Source: Guillardia theta CCMP2712 (lineage: Eukaryota; Protista; Cryptophyta). Taken from it: 64,000 bases of DNA. The stretch spans positions 1 through 64,000 of the forward strand of contig NW_005434587.1 of NCBI RefSeq assembly GCF_000315625.1, given 5' to 3'. Every line of letters begins with the position of its first letter. Position 1 is the first letter of the stretch. The notes under the pieces were generated by a model that saw only the letters and a list, made by a program, of their open reading frames with translations, had not been told where the DNA came from and did not search any database. A program made the translations under genes and the position numbers. Below are positions 37,625 to 49,395 of this stretch, piece after piece.

Positions 37625-37830
37625 TGAGCCTCTCGGGTCCGACGGTCAATTCCCGTAGTAGCCACCGGGCGCCGCGCGGCGGTCGGACGCCGGGCGGGGC
37701 CCCGCCGCGCGGCGGCCGGGCCGACTCCCGGTCACCGGGCCGCGGGTTCCATACTCCGAGGCAGGCTACAGTACGGTAGTACTGACGACCGATACGGTCG
37801 GACTCAAGCGCGGCCCGGCCGGCGCGAAAC
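37625..37830. repeat. GC-rich palindromic dispersed repeat
   Basis: Same motif set (ccgggcc, cggtcac, gactc, acggta). Confidence 0.65.
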
Positions 37831-38254
37831 TGAGGCCTTTCCGAAGTTGGGCCATAATGATGATCGACGATCGTCACTGGCACCAAGATGGCCCGCCGTC
37901 CTGAAGAAGCACAAGTTTGTTAGACTTGTACTAGTCCAAAGTCACGCAGATATCACATCGACCTTAGTTGTAACAAGACAGTTTTTCCGAAGTTCAAGTT
38001 TGCTCAAGACCGAGTTTAATGCACACAAAACCAGAATTGAGGAGCACATGAGAGATAGACTGTATGCTAGGATGTGAAACCCAAGCATCCAGACATGAGA
38101 GGACCTTAGCAAGACGGCTAGGAAAGCCCCCTCTTCGTCCCACACGCTACATCGGCGGCGCCTTGACACGTAGTAAGTCGTCTTGGTTTACAGGAGAGTT
38201 TTTGTTAAGGCTCGGCGCTATCTGACTGGCACGGCTGGCATACGTTCCATCACG

Positions 38255-38385
38255 TCCCCGGTCTTGGCGGCGGCCAGCGGCTGCTGTGAGCGGCCCGCCG
38301 CCCGGCCGCCGGCGGCCGCCGGGCTGACCCGCGCCCGGGTTCAAACTTCGCGGCCGCCGGGCTCTCCCGTCACTGTCATGACCGT
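38255..38385. repeat. GC-rich palindromic dispersed repeat
   Basis: gcggccgcc/ccggccgccgg arrays. Confidence 0.55.
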
Positions 38386-38545
38386 CCTTGCCTATCAGCG
38401 GCTTCCCTCCGGCCCCTGCTCCTTCCTACCCCCCCCGCCCTGAGCCAAGCCTCCCCGCCTGGGTCATAGTATCGGCACTCGACATTTATTATCTTCATCA
38501 ATCTTCGTCTACTTTACACGCCGGTCCCTCCTTCAAACCGGTCCT

Positions 38546-38821
38546 TCAGTCCCACACTGACGACAGCCAGTCCTCCTCTTCCGTCCCCACGTCCCCGACG
38601 TCCAGCGAGATCTCCCCTCCTCCGAACAGCGCCTCCATCATCGTCTTGCTCGCCTCCGCCTTCTCCTCGCTCGGCCCGTCTATCCCCCACCACCCCTCCA
38701 GCTCCTCGCCTGGTCGCGCTTGGTCGCCCGAGGCGGGCGAGCTGGCGGGCTCGGGCTCCTGGGCCTCCGACGCCTGGTCGAGAGCCGCGCGGTCGACTGA
38801 GGTCTGAGCCTCCCCCGCGTC

Positions 38822-38853
<32 letters not shown>

Positions 38854-39080
38854 GATCCCGCGTGTAGGGCCATCGATCCAGCCCCAGCCTCCGGCAGGCC
38901 GTCTTGAGGGAGGTGAGGGAGATGCCGAGGTGATGGGCCGCCTCTTGCTGGCGGAGGTGGAAGGGCTGCGAGAGAAGGAGGCGGCTGAGCTGCACGGTCT
39001 CGCGCTTGTTGGAGTGACGAGGGCGAGCCTGGACGGCGATACGCTGGAGGATGGTTGGGGAGGAAGGGGAGGAGGGGGAG
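38546..39080 (-). pseudogene. RWP-RK domain gene copy 1 (no in-frame ATG; possible pseudogene)
   Basis: FHLRQQEAAHHLGISLTSLKTACRRLGLDRWPY. 5' deletions relative to copy 2 remove the ATG. L>P change just before the domain. Confidence 0.65.
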
Positions 39081-40148
39081 GAAGGAGACGGAAGAGGGTG
39101 AGGGGGAAGGAGGGAGGGGCAGGAGAGGGGAGGAGAGGAGAGATGACAAAAGGCAGGGAGCTAGCACTGCCCCTTTTAAAAGCTTCTGGCATGTTTCCCC
39201 CAATCACGGTCAGCTCTATAGCCCGTCACGTTACCTGCGCATCATGTTCTATAGCCGGCCAGACAGCCCAGTGCTGCCCCACATACGAGTGCGGGATTGA
39301 GATAGGAGGAGACTATCTTCCTCTTGCTGCCCCCGGGTGGCGTGACCAGGGCTCCGGTCCGTGGGGTTGACGTGCTGTGCCTCGAAGGCTGTTCCGTGAC
39401 CGTACGGTTTTCTTTTGCTCGAGTCATCCGAGCGACTCCCTAGTCCGGGAGCCGGCCGGGGCACTGCGCCGGGCTCTCGGGCTCAAGGTATCTCTCCGAA
39501 ACGGGCCAGCCCAGCTCGGAGTTGAACTTTGGACGCCGCTGTGATCATCGGATCGTCGGATCAACGTGACTCCGATGGCCGCCGCGCTTGACGGATCAAC
39601 GTTCGCACGGCGCCGCCGCGCGGCAATCGGCAAGCATCCGAGCGCCGGATGTCAGCGGTCCGATCACGAGTCTCAGTCTTCAACTAGTATTCATGCCAGT
39701 GTCTCAGTCTTCAACTAGTATTCATGTCTGGGAGGTCTCAGGAGTTTAACATAACATTAAAAGCCACACCACAACTGCGAAGGAGAGAATGCCGGGACTC
39801 GTGACAAGCGGTAGACGTAAGATCTAGTTCAGTGCTAGCGGCGATTTCGTGGAACCATTGAATAATGCTAGGGCTGATCGGACAGGGGAATCCAGTGAAG
39901 CCCCGGGCCGGCTCCGAGTCCCATCGGACGACAAGCCTGTTGACCTACAACTACATCCGCTGCATATGAAATAGATCGTTGAAAAAAGAAGGCTGAGGTC
40001 TACAATCAACTGCCCTGACATGAAAGATGCCCTCCTCCTGCCTGTCCCTGCTCCAGCCTCCCCGCCTGGGTCATAGTACCGGCACTCGACATTTATTATC
40101 TTCATCAATCTTCGTCTACTTTACACGTCCCTCCTTCAAACCGGTCCT

Positions 40149-40424
40149 TCAGTCCCACACTGACGACAGCCAGTCCTCCTCTTCCATCCCCACGTCCCCG
40201 ACGTCCAGCGAGATCTCCCCTCCTCCGAACAGCGCCTCCATCATCGTCTTGCTCGCCTCCGCCTTCTCCTCGCTCGGCCCGTCTATCCCCCACCACCCCT
40301 CCAGCTCCTCGCCTGGTCGCGCTTGGTCGCCCGAGGCGGGCGAGCTGGCGGGCTCGGGCTCCTGGGCCTCCGACGCCTGGTCGAGAGCCGCGCGGTCGAC
40401 TGAGGTCTGAGCCTCCCCCGCGTC

Positions 40425-40456
<32 letters not shown>

Positions 40457-40817
40457 GATCCCGCGTGTAGGGCCATCGATCCAGCCCCAGCCTCCGGCAG
40501 GCCGTCTTGAGGGAGGTGAGGGAGATGCCGAGGTGATGGGCCGCCTCTTGCTGGCGGAGGTGGAAGAGCTGCGAGAGAAGGAGGCGGCTGAGCTGCACGG
40601 TCTCGCGCTTGTTGGAGTGACGAGGGCGAGCCTGGACGGCGATACGCTGGAGGATGGTTGGGGAGGAAGGGGAGGAGGGGAAGGAGGGAGAGGAGGAGGA
40701 GCAGGTAGAGTCAGACCAAGGCGAAGACGGAAGAGGGTGAGGGGGAAGGAGGGAGGGGCAGGAGAGGGAAGGAGAGGGGAGATGACAAAAGGCAGGGAGG
40801 GCGTGATGGGCGAGCAT
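40149..40817 (-). CDS. RWP-RK domain transcription factor copy 2 (222 aa)
   Basis: ATG-initiated ORF containing LFHLRQQEAAHHLGISLTSLKTACRRLGLDRWPY and an acidic tail. Confidence 0.85.
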
Positions 40818-41801
40818 GATGCTTGGACAGAGGCGAGCCGCGGAGTGTGTGGCAGGTGTAGGAGGATGGAGAAGTGTAGAGTAGCACTGCCCCTTTTAAA
40901 AGCTTCTGGCATGTTTCCCCCAATGTCAGCTCTATAGCCCGTCACGTTACCTGCGCATCATGTTCTATAGCCGGCCAGACGGCCCAGTGCTGCCCCACAT
41001 ACGAGTGCGGGATTGAGATAGGAGGAGACTATCTTCCTCTTGCTGCCCCCGGGTGGCATGACCAGGGCTCCGGTCCGTGGGGTTGACGTGCTGTGCCTCG
41101 AAGGCTGTTCCGTGACGGTTTTCTGTTGCTCATCCGACTCCCTAGTCCGGGAGCCACTGCTGCGCCCGGGCCGGGCTCTCGGGCTCAAGGTATCCGAAAA
41201 ACCAGCTCAGCTCGGAGTTGAACTTTGGACGCTGATCGTTGGATCAACTTGTGACTCCGATGGCTGCTGCGCGCTTGACGGACTCCTTGTCTGAACGTTC
41301 GTCGGCGGCGCCGCCGCAATCGGCGCCGAGCATCCGATGCGAGCGATCGATGTCAGCGGTCAGATCACGAGTCTCAGTCTTCAACTAGTATTCATACATC
41401 AACATTAAAAGCCACACCACACTGCGAAGAAGAGAATGCCGGGACTCATGACAAGCGGAACAACGGTAGACGTAAGATCTAGTTGCTAGCGGCGATTTCG
41501 TTGAATAATCATGCGGCTAGCGGCTGATCGGACAGGGGAATCCAGTGAAGCCCCGGGCCGGCTCCGAGTCCCATCGGACGACAAGCTGTTGACCTACAAC
41601 TACATCCGCTGCATATGAAATAGATCGTTGAAAAAAGAAGGCTGAGGTCTACAATCAACTGCCCTGACATGAAAGATGCCCTCCTCCTGCCTGTCCCTGC
41701 TCCAGCCTCCCCGCCTGGGTCATAGTATCGGCACTCGACATTTATTATCTTCATCAATCTTCGTCTACTTTACACGCCGGTCCCTCCTTCAAACCGGTCC
41801 T

Positions 41802-42017
41802 TCAGTCCCACACTGACGACAGCCAGTCCTCCTCTTCCGTCCCCACGTCCCCGACGTCCAGCGAGATCTCCCCTCCTCCGAACAGCGCCTCCATCATCGT
41901 CTCGCCTGGTCGCGCTTGGTCGCCCGAGGCGGGCGAGCTGGCGGGCTCGGGCTCCTGGGCCTCCGACGCCTGGTCGAGAGCCGCGCGGTCGACTGAGGTC
42001 TGGGCCTCCCCCGCGTC

Positions 42018-42052
<35 letters not shown>

Positions 42053-42329
42053 GATCCCGCGTGTAGGGCCATCGATCCAGCCCCAGCCTCCGGCAGGCCG
42101 TCTTGAGGGAGGTGAGGGAGATGCCGAGGTGATGGGCCGCCTCTTGCTGGCGGAGGTGGAAGAGCTGCGAGAGAAGGAGGCGGCTGAGCTGCACGGTCTC
42201 GCGCTTGTTGGAGTGACGGGGGCGAGCCTGGACGGCGATACGCTGGAGGATGGTTGGGGAGGAAGGGGAGGAGGGGAAGGAAGGAGAGGAGGAGGATGAA
42301 TCTGTATCAGAGAGGATCAAGATTGCCAT
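41802..42329 (-). CDS. RWP-RK domain transcription factor copy 3 (175 aa; 20-aa in-frame deletion, distinct N-terminus)
   Basis: ATG at 42329 (MAILILSD...), same domain, lacks ELEGWWGIDGPSEEKAEASK. Confidence 0.85.
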
Positions 42330-43760
42330 GGTTGTATCGAAAGGTTGAACGGAACGTGGCGAGAGCAGCAGGGCAAAGGAATGCGGAGCAGGAGCGGAAT
42401 GGCTTGTTAAATACAAGAGCTGAATGGAGGAATATCTTGAGGGCCGCACCTCCCACCCCCTACCCCCACTGATATATGGAATAACTACCCGTTTATTCTT
42501 AAGACTTTTTGCGTCTAGCCGGCTACAGAATGAAATCACTTGTTTTCGCTGTTTTTAATTTTTCAGTCAATGTCAGCGAATGGCATCCGTGAACAGAGTG
42601 GCACGTCAACACAGTTCTGGTACTAGAATTTACTCAACTTTTTGGGCCGTCATGCCCCCCCCACCCCATCGGTGCCGACGGAGAGCTCGAAACTCCGAGG
42701 CTCAAAACTTTGGTTCGAAAGTTTCAAAGTCTGCCACAAACTTTCAAGTTACTGGGAGTCACTTCAGTGTTCTACTCGGAGCCCTGTCGGAGTTTCTCTC
42801 AGCGGCCCCGGAGGCTGATGTTCTCGCCGAGCCCGCTCCGGTTTCTCACTAGCAAAACTTTTTAACTTAACTTTGAGTAAAGATAGAGCCGGACCGGGTT
42901 GAGTTAAGTAAAACATCAGTACCAGGACAAGCGGGAGAGTAGGAGGGGGGGAGCGGGGGGACAAATAAGAAGCACATCGTGCACGTGCAGTATTTGTTCA
43001 GCACAGTGCGACCGAGGACGGGCGGCAAAGAGCTTCGGCAGGGTCAGTTTGTCAGCCAAGGTAATCAGCAGTCGACATGAAGGATAGCACAAAGATATCA
43101 GCATGTTGTGGAATGACGAAATGTGGATTCCCCTTCGTGAAATCGTATGATCGATCTTCCACATCCGTTACAATTTTCTCTCTGACTGCAACTGATATGT
43201 TCCTCTCCCTGGGCCCCTTGCAGTTTCTTTATGTGACTTTTCTTTTTGAGCAGATTTGATCTCAGCTGAACACCAGCATCAATCCCATGAGCCTGGATAG
43301 ATGATGATCGGTACTGGGGTAAGTACTCACCCTAGCACCCCACATGCACCAGTGTTGGCCTGTTCAATGAGGAATCAAACAAATTCACAGACCTGTTCCG
43401 ACTATTTCATGAGGATTAGATTGTTTCGATGATTCTCTGAGGACATTCTCACTGCTTGCAAACTAAGTGAACTTTGTTGGCCTTCCTTCACACTTTTGTT
43501 TCGCAGGTCAGAACCAACTGAGAGGGACCCCCGCAAAGATTCGTGAAACTCTTTCTGTATGATACACCCCATGTAGAAATATTCGCTCTTTATTGTTTAC
43601 TGTACATGTAGAAATGTTCGCTTTTATTGCTTAATTTAGATGTAGAAATATTCGTTCTTAATTGTTTCTTGTCTATACATCACAGATGTCATCAAAGATC
43701 AAGTGATCCTCTCGTGTCCTGGTTGACATACGTACCGGGAATGTACCTCCCACTCGAGTC

Positions 43761-46180
43761 CTATCGCTTCATGAGCTTGATGAGCCTTTGCATTCCGAAC
43801 CTTGCAAGAGGGTGCGAAACCATCCTGTCACAAAGTTCTGAAACTGAGGACTCCAAGGGACGATTTTTAGACCTGACTTGACCATCCATAATCACTCTCA
43901 TCTCCCCACAATCTGCGCACAAGCATTCTGTCATACAAAGGGAGATTAAGACCAAGGCCATCAGGAGGAGAAGGGCAAAAGGGTAGCGGCAAGAGCAATG
44001 AAAACGACAAACGATATTTCATACCATCATGTGTGAACAACTTGTTGGAGATAAGCTCTCTTGGTGAAGGCAGAGCCCTGCGGCGTTGTCATCGCTGTCC
44101 GCAACACACTCAAGAAAGAAGACTTGATGTTCTTGGGTTGCAGTGATCGATCTCTCTTGAGAGCAGGGGGTGCTTGACGCATGCGTTTCAGCAGAGAGAC
44201 GACATATTGGCCGATCCCCAGTGAAGCGCTAACACCGGTGGAACGAATTCCAGCGACCGTGATCCAGTTTTCATCTGCAAGCATTTAAAAACCCTCTGAT
44301 GATCAGCGAAAACACCTTCACTGCCTTTGATCTGATAGTCTCGAAACTCGGTCGCAGGTCTGAGACCTGTCAAGTCTCGTCATCAGATATTTCATCTGCA
44401 TCGTCGTGAAAGGTACCAGCGTAACTTCCAGCCACATCCATGTCTTGTAGTGATGGCACAAGTTGACGTGCATACTTCACCAGGTTGGCAATCGTCGTCG
44501 AGCAAGTAGTTGGCTCGTCTCTCTCGCTGAATCATCATTACGACCATAAAGAACAAGATGAATGCTTACTCTACATCCTCGGCCGTTGGTCCACAGACAA
44601 TGTTGCCATAGCTGCAAAGATTTCGCTTCACGCGAAATTTTTTTCTTGATATCAAATGATTACACTGATTGAAATATGTAGACACCCTTGGTTTCAGAGG
44701 AAGGAATCTGAAGAGTAGAGAGGAATGAGCCTCCGAACGAGCAGAGCCGATACTCACAGGCTGAAGCGGAGGAAGAAAGCTTACATCTTCACCATCATGA
44801 CCTGCAAATACAGCATACTGTCGATCCACAACTTCAGTTGCATTCAGCTGCATAGAGTCTGCTTGACCTGACCTCGACGAGGTCGGATTGTAAATGGAAC
44901 TTGTGAACCTTGTGGGTATCGCAGTGTCTCGACCTGTCGGAGAAATTTCGTTATTCCAGTGGTGAAACGTAAAAAAAGACTTTGACACCTTGTCAGCAAA
45001 ATTTCCAGCTGCATTGATGACGAATTTTGTTCGAAAAGTTTGATTTCGATCCGTCAAAAGCTCCCTATTTCGCAATTCTCATCACGTTTCCAATCCAGAA
45101 ACCGTCCGAAAGGACAAGTCGATACCAGCCAACTACCTTCGAATCTTGATCTTTTATTCTGCATACTTTCGAAATCCTTGCATTTTGCACAATTTCAGCT
45201 CCGTGCTGCAAAGCTGAGTTTGCAAGCGAAAGGACGTAAAACCAGGAGTCTAAAACTGTTTCTCCTGGCACCAACAGCGCCCCCTTGCAGTTGATGCGGT
45301 CATTCGAGCAAGGCAAACCGAAAGCAAACCTTCGCTCCGCGTCTTATCCGACTCTCTCTCTCATATAGCTCTTCAGCAGACAAGATCCTGGCGCCAGTGT
45401 CTCCGATGTCCAGGTTGTCTTGAAGCAACTTCGGGAGGAGCTCCCTTTCTTCGTCCTTCCACGCTATTACCATAGCACCTGATCTCACCTGTAGAGCAGA
45501 CATCACCGACTGTCTCCCCTACTTTTCTGGCCATCTTACAGCTGGACAACACATTTGGTCTACGACTTCATGCATCTCGCTCATGGACAATGACAGGCAG
45601 TGTCTCTCCAAACTGATCAATTCTCACAATCCCATCCTCGCAACTGCACTCGAAGGTAACTTCACCTTCCCTCAGGAGCATCATATCCTGAATGTTCCGC
45701 ATGTTGATCAGAGGGAGTAGATCAACAGCTTACCGACTTGCCTGTACACAAGATTCCTGAGTTGCCGGAGCTTGCTCCCATGCAGATATCCTCCTGAACG
45801 CAATGAGACGAGATTGGAGAAGCAAATGGTATAGACTTTTGCTTCAAGGCAAATCACTTTTAATCCGTCGTAGCGACAAGTCAGTTCACGAAGAATTGCC
45901 ATCCCAACAACCTGAAACAGACTTCATTCATTCTAATCTTCCATTTCCCTTCATTCCTTCCCCCCTGAGTTTTAGCATCGAATGTATTCTTTCCTGTTCT
46001 CCATCTGACCTGTCCCTCCATCCTTCCTTCCCCTCTCCTTTCTCTGTGCATCTGTCCTCTCCTCCCTGTTGCTGCCCTGCTCCTCTCCCTCCGCTCTCCT
46101 CCCCTCCTCTCCCTCCCCTCTCCTCCCCTCCTCCCTCCTCTCACCCCTCCTCCAATGATCGTCACGTCGCAATCCGCCAT
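43761..46180 (-). CDS. FAD-dependent oxidoreductase (DAO family; L-2-hydroxyglutarate oxidase/glycerol-3-phosphate dehydrogenase-like), many introns
   Basis: MADCDVTIIGGG, GASSGNSGI, FVINAAG.FAD, CGPTAEDVE, GLRPA, VAGIRSTGVSASLGIG. Confidence 0.85.
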
Positions 46181-46254
46181 GGAACCTGCCGCAAACTCGC
46201 TTGTTCCAGACAAAAAATCGTTCTAAAGTTGATCCAGATTTTGTTCCAGATTCT

Positions 46255-46420
46255 CGCCAGTGGGCCCGGGGCCGCGTGACTGACCGTCGTACCAGGGAGG
46301 CCCGGCGGCGATCGGACCGGGCAGTTGCTCTGACCGGACTTGAATCGGAACCCGGGCATCGGCCCAGTGACTCCCAGTGACGGTGACTGAGCCCGGGCCC
46401 GGGGGCGGGGGGTGGGGGGG
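46255..46420. repeat. GC-rich palindromic dispersed repeat
   Basis: gggcccggggcc, gtgactgaccg, cagtgactc, gcccgggcccggg. Confidence 0.6.
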
Positions 46421-46465
46421 AAGACAACTGGCAATCCTTACTTTGTTAAGCAACAGCACATCAAT

Positions 46466-48057
46466 TCATTCAGAGACTGTCTGGTTGACGTCAACTGGAT
46501 CACTGCTGAATGACCCTGCGGAGTCTTCTATCATCGAAGAATGAATATTCTCACATAATGGGTCATCGTCGTCGTCGAGCTGAGAATCCAACTTTCGACA
46601 TTCAGACCTCGGGATTTTCATTTTGCGAAGGAATTTTGGAATGTAGTCAAGAGTATCCTGCAAGAAAGTAGGTGATTTTACAGTGATTGCAACAAAGCAG
46701 GATGACCCTGGTAACGTTGGTGTAGTTGCTGAAATCCATTGGTTGTCCTCGCTGGACCCTGTAAAGTAGAAGTATATAGCTGATTAGCATCTCCAACACA
46801 TTCAAAGGTAGCAATCATTTCTGAAGTTGAAGATCCAAACACAACACAGGGAGTGTTTCCTTACATATCGTGCGCCTTCATTGCCCATTCCGTCATTGAG
46901 TCTGAGAAATTTGAAGAAGCAAGGTCTTCAGGACTCTCTCAGAAGAACTTCGATACAACCTACGGAGCTTGAACTTTCAGGCTTTCTAATCTGAGACAGT
47001 CCAGCCCGCTTCAATACCTGTCAAGAAGGTAAAGAGGTCGAAGACACGGAGCAGAGCAGAGGACCTCGTTCTGTTCTTTCCGCACTCTCTCTATCTCATC
47101 AAAATCTGCGGGACTCACTCCAAAATAGCTCACCTGCCATATTGTAAGTCAACAGTGATGCCTCCTGTAGCAATCGACGCTCACCGCATACGCATTGCTC
47201 TCGCTTTGCTTGGCATACTCTAGAGCCTTGCGCTTTCTTTCCAAGTAGTGCTTTCCTTCCGGTGTGTCATACCTGATTCATGTCAGAGTTGCAGATTCCT
47301 CTTGCACTTACCATTTCCGTCCATAGACATCCGATAAATCTGCACTCAGGATACCACCTGCATGCAAGCTCTGTCATTTGACGTAGATCGAGGAGCAACT
47401 TTGTCGTGCCTTTGTCATTGTCACCAAACAGATATTCCAAGTAGCTCATCAGATTCATGTCTTCCGCTCTTTGTGACTCCTGCCACCAAGACTGCACGTC
47501 AGGATAGCAACTTGTGCGCAAGATTCTCATTGCCTTGGTTTGTATCTTCTGTTCTCTCTTGGTTCCATGCTGAAGTTTCTTCAGCGTAAAGGTTCTGTTC
47601 ACACTGTATTTGCCATAATATCGCGATTGTGTGTGTTTCCTCTTAGATCGCTCACTCCGTCGATCGAACAGCAAATCCAACACCCGCCACCTGTTCACAC
47701 CTCACTGAACCAGCTCTGATCATGCGGGAGGTACCATGCCGCTGTCTCTTCGTTGGGCAAGTCCTTGTACTTTCCTGTGAGCAGAGTGGACCTTGAATCG
47801 CTATTCGACTTCTTAAAGACGGATGATGAAGCCTGCTCTACTCTGCCTGATTTCTTTTTCGAACCTCCTCCACGAAGGCGATGGCAACAGACCGTCTGTG
47901 AAGCGCTCGCTGGCACGACGTTGGCTGGAAGAAACAAGAGGAAGAGACAGAGGAAGAAGACAAGCACGCGGCAGGGCGAGAGAGGAGAAGAGTTTGGATT
48001 TCTAGGAGTTACAGCAACAGCGCGTGACAAATCTTTAGGAGTCAAAACGATGTTCAT
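46466..48057 (-). CDS. Hypothetical multi-exon protein with a signal-like hydrophobic segment and RLRGG
   Basis: VLVFFLCLFLLFLPANVVPASA...HRLRGGG, followed by short spliceable exons. Confidence 0.6.
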
Positions 48058-48430
48058 CGGAGCGTGAGAGCTATGAAGCGAGCAGATGAGAAAGAAGCAG
48101 GACAAGGGTAGGATGAGGATGAGGGAGAAATGAGGGAGGGGGTGAGGTTGAGAGCGATGGGGAGGAGGGAGAGGAGGGAGAGGGAGAGGAGGACGACAAG
48201 GAGGAGGAGGAGAAGAAGAAGAAGAAGGAGGAGGAGAAGAAGGAAGAAGAGGAGGAGGTGGTGGTGGTGGGGAGCTGGATCATCGCCATTCAATCCGTCC
48301 CATCACCACCATGTTCAGTGTTAGTGTGTCGGGGAGCAAACTTTGAAACTTTCAAGGTCAAATCTTTGAGGGCAAATTGTATTATTAGAAAATTATGGGG
48401 AAGTGAAAACTTTGAAGGCCATGGGGCGGC

Positions 48431-49306
48431 ATGGATACGGCGAGGATGGCATGTAAGAATGTCCTTGATCCGGCCTACCCTTCCTCCTCCTCCTCCTCCT
48501 CCTCCTCCTCCTCCTCCTCCTCCACAACCACCACCACCACCTCCTCCTCCCCGCCTACTTTTCCCTCCTCTCTGTCTCCTTTCCAGTGTCCTCGACAAAC
48601 CTGTACTTGTCCTCCCCCCTGCCCACCCTTAGTCCTTGTCTGGTGCTCGTCGTTCCATGCTTCCTTGGTATCCTTCCGCTGTCGTAACGTGCATTTCTGT
48701 GTTCTCTGCATTATGACCGTCATACCCAGCTATCCTGCTGCCCGATCATTTATCATTCACGCTAGCTATGCGCTAATGATCTTTCCTTGCTGCAGCAACA
48801 GGCAGGACAAGTCCATCTCCGGCATAGGAGGGCGGGGAGGAGCACCGCAGTTCACAGCATACGTCCCCAAGTTCTTGAGGGAGCTCGGGGGAAGCAGTGC
48901 CCCTGAAGGATCCATCGCAGGGAGGAAGCGCTCGCAGCAGGCAAAATTCGGTCCAGTGGACCAGGAGGAGGAGAGCGAGGAAGAGCGGGACTATGATGGC
49001 CTTGCATCTAAGATTCAACAGGATGGAGGAAGCATCGTGCTTCCCGAGGAGCTGGGCAGGAATGCGCGAACGATCAAACGAACCAAACGAGCTGGGGACA
49101 AGGAGGCAGCGGTGACTGAGGAGAAGAAGGATGAGGGGAAAGCCAAGGAGGAAGAGGAGGAAGAGAAGATCGAGTACGACGAGCACGGCAACCCTAAGAT
49201 AAAGTTCAAGAAGAGGGAGAAAGAGGCAAAACCACCCACCAAGAGCAAAGGAAAAGGTGTTAAGAATGTCAAACTCCTGTCTTTCGACGACGAAGAAGGT
49301 GAATGA
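48431..49306 (+). CDS. KIAA1143/DUF4604-like small charged protein
   Basis: YVPKFLREL near the start of the main exon (~48796) and C-terminal KNVKLLSFDDEE. The 5' part of the ORF is probably intron. Confidence 0.65.
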   Translation: MDTARMACKNVLDPAYPSSSSSSSSSSSSSSTTTTTTSSSPPTFPSSLSPFQCPRQTCTCPPPCPPLVLVWCSSFHASLVSFRCRNVHFCVLCIMTVIPSYPAARSFIIHASYALMIFPCCSNRQDKSISGIGGRGGAPQFTAYVPKFLRELGGSSAPEGSIAGRKRSQQAKFGPVDQEEESEEERDYDGLASKIQQDGGSIVLPEELGRNARTIKRTKRAGDKEAAVTEEKKDEGKAKEEEEEEKIEYDEHGNPKIKFKKREKEAKPPTKSKGKGVKNVKLLSFDDEEGE

Positions 49307-49395
49307 GGGGCGATGAAGCGGATGAGGAGGGATGGGAGACGGTCGAAGGAGGAAGAACCATCGTGTAAGTCGAGTTCACTGTCAGTACAGTATTG

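Larger units (their letters stand above)
38449..42290. repeat. Tandem array of ~1.6 kb units (two full, one partial) carrying RWP-RK genes
   Basis: Anchor gcctccccgcctgggtcatagta at ~38449, ~40056 and ~41705, with near-identical coding and spacer sequence. Confidence 0.95.

Noticed and set aside
42916-43560. Possible small gene between the RWP-RK array and the FAD oxidoreductase
   Set aside because: Only short ORFs, with no motif and no consistent splice model.
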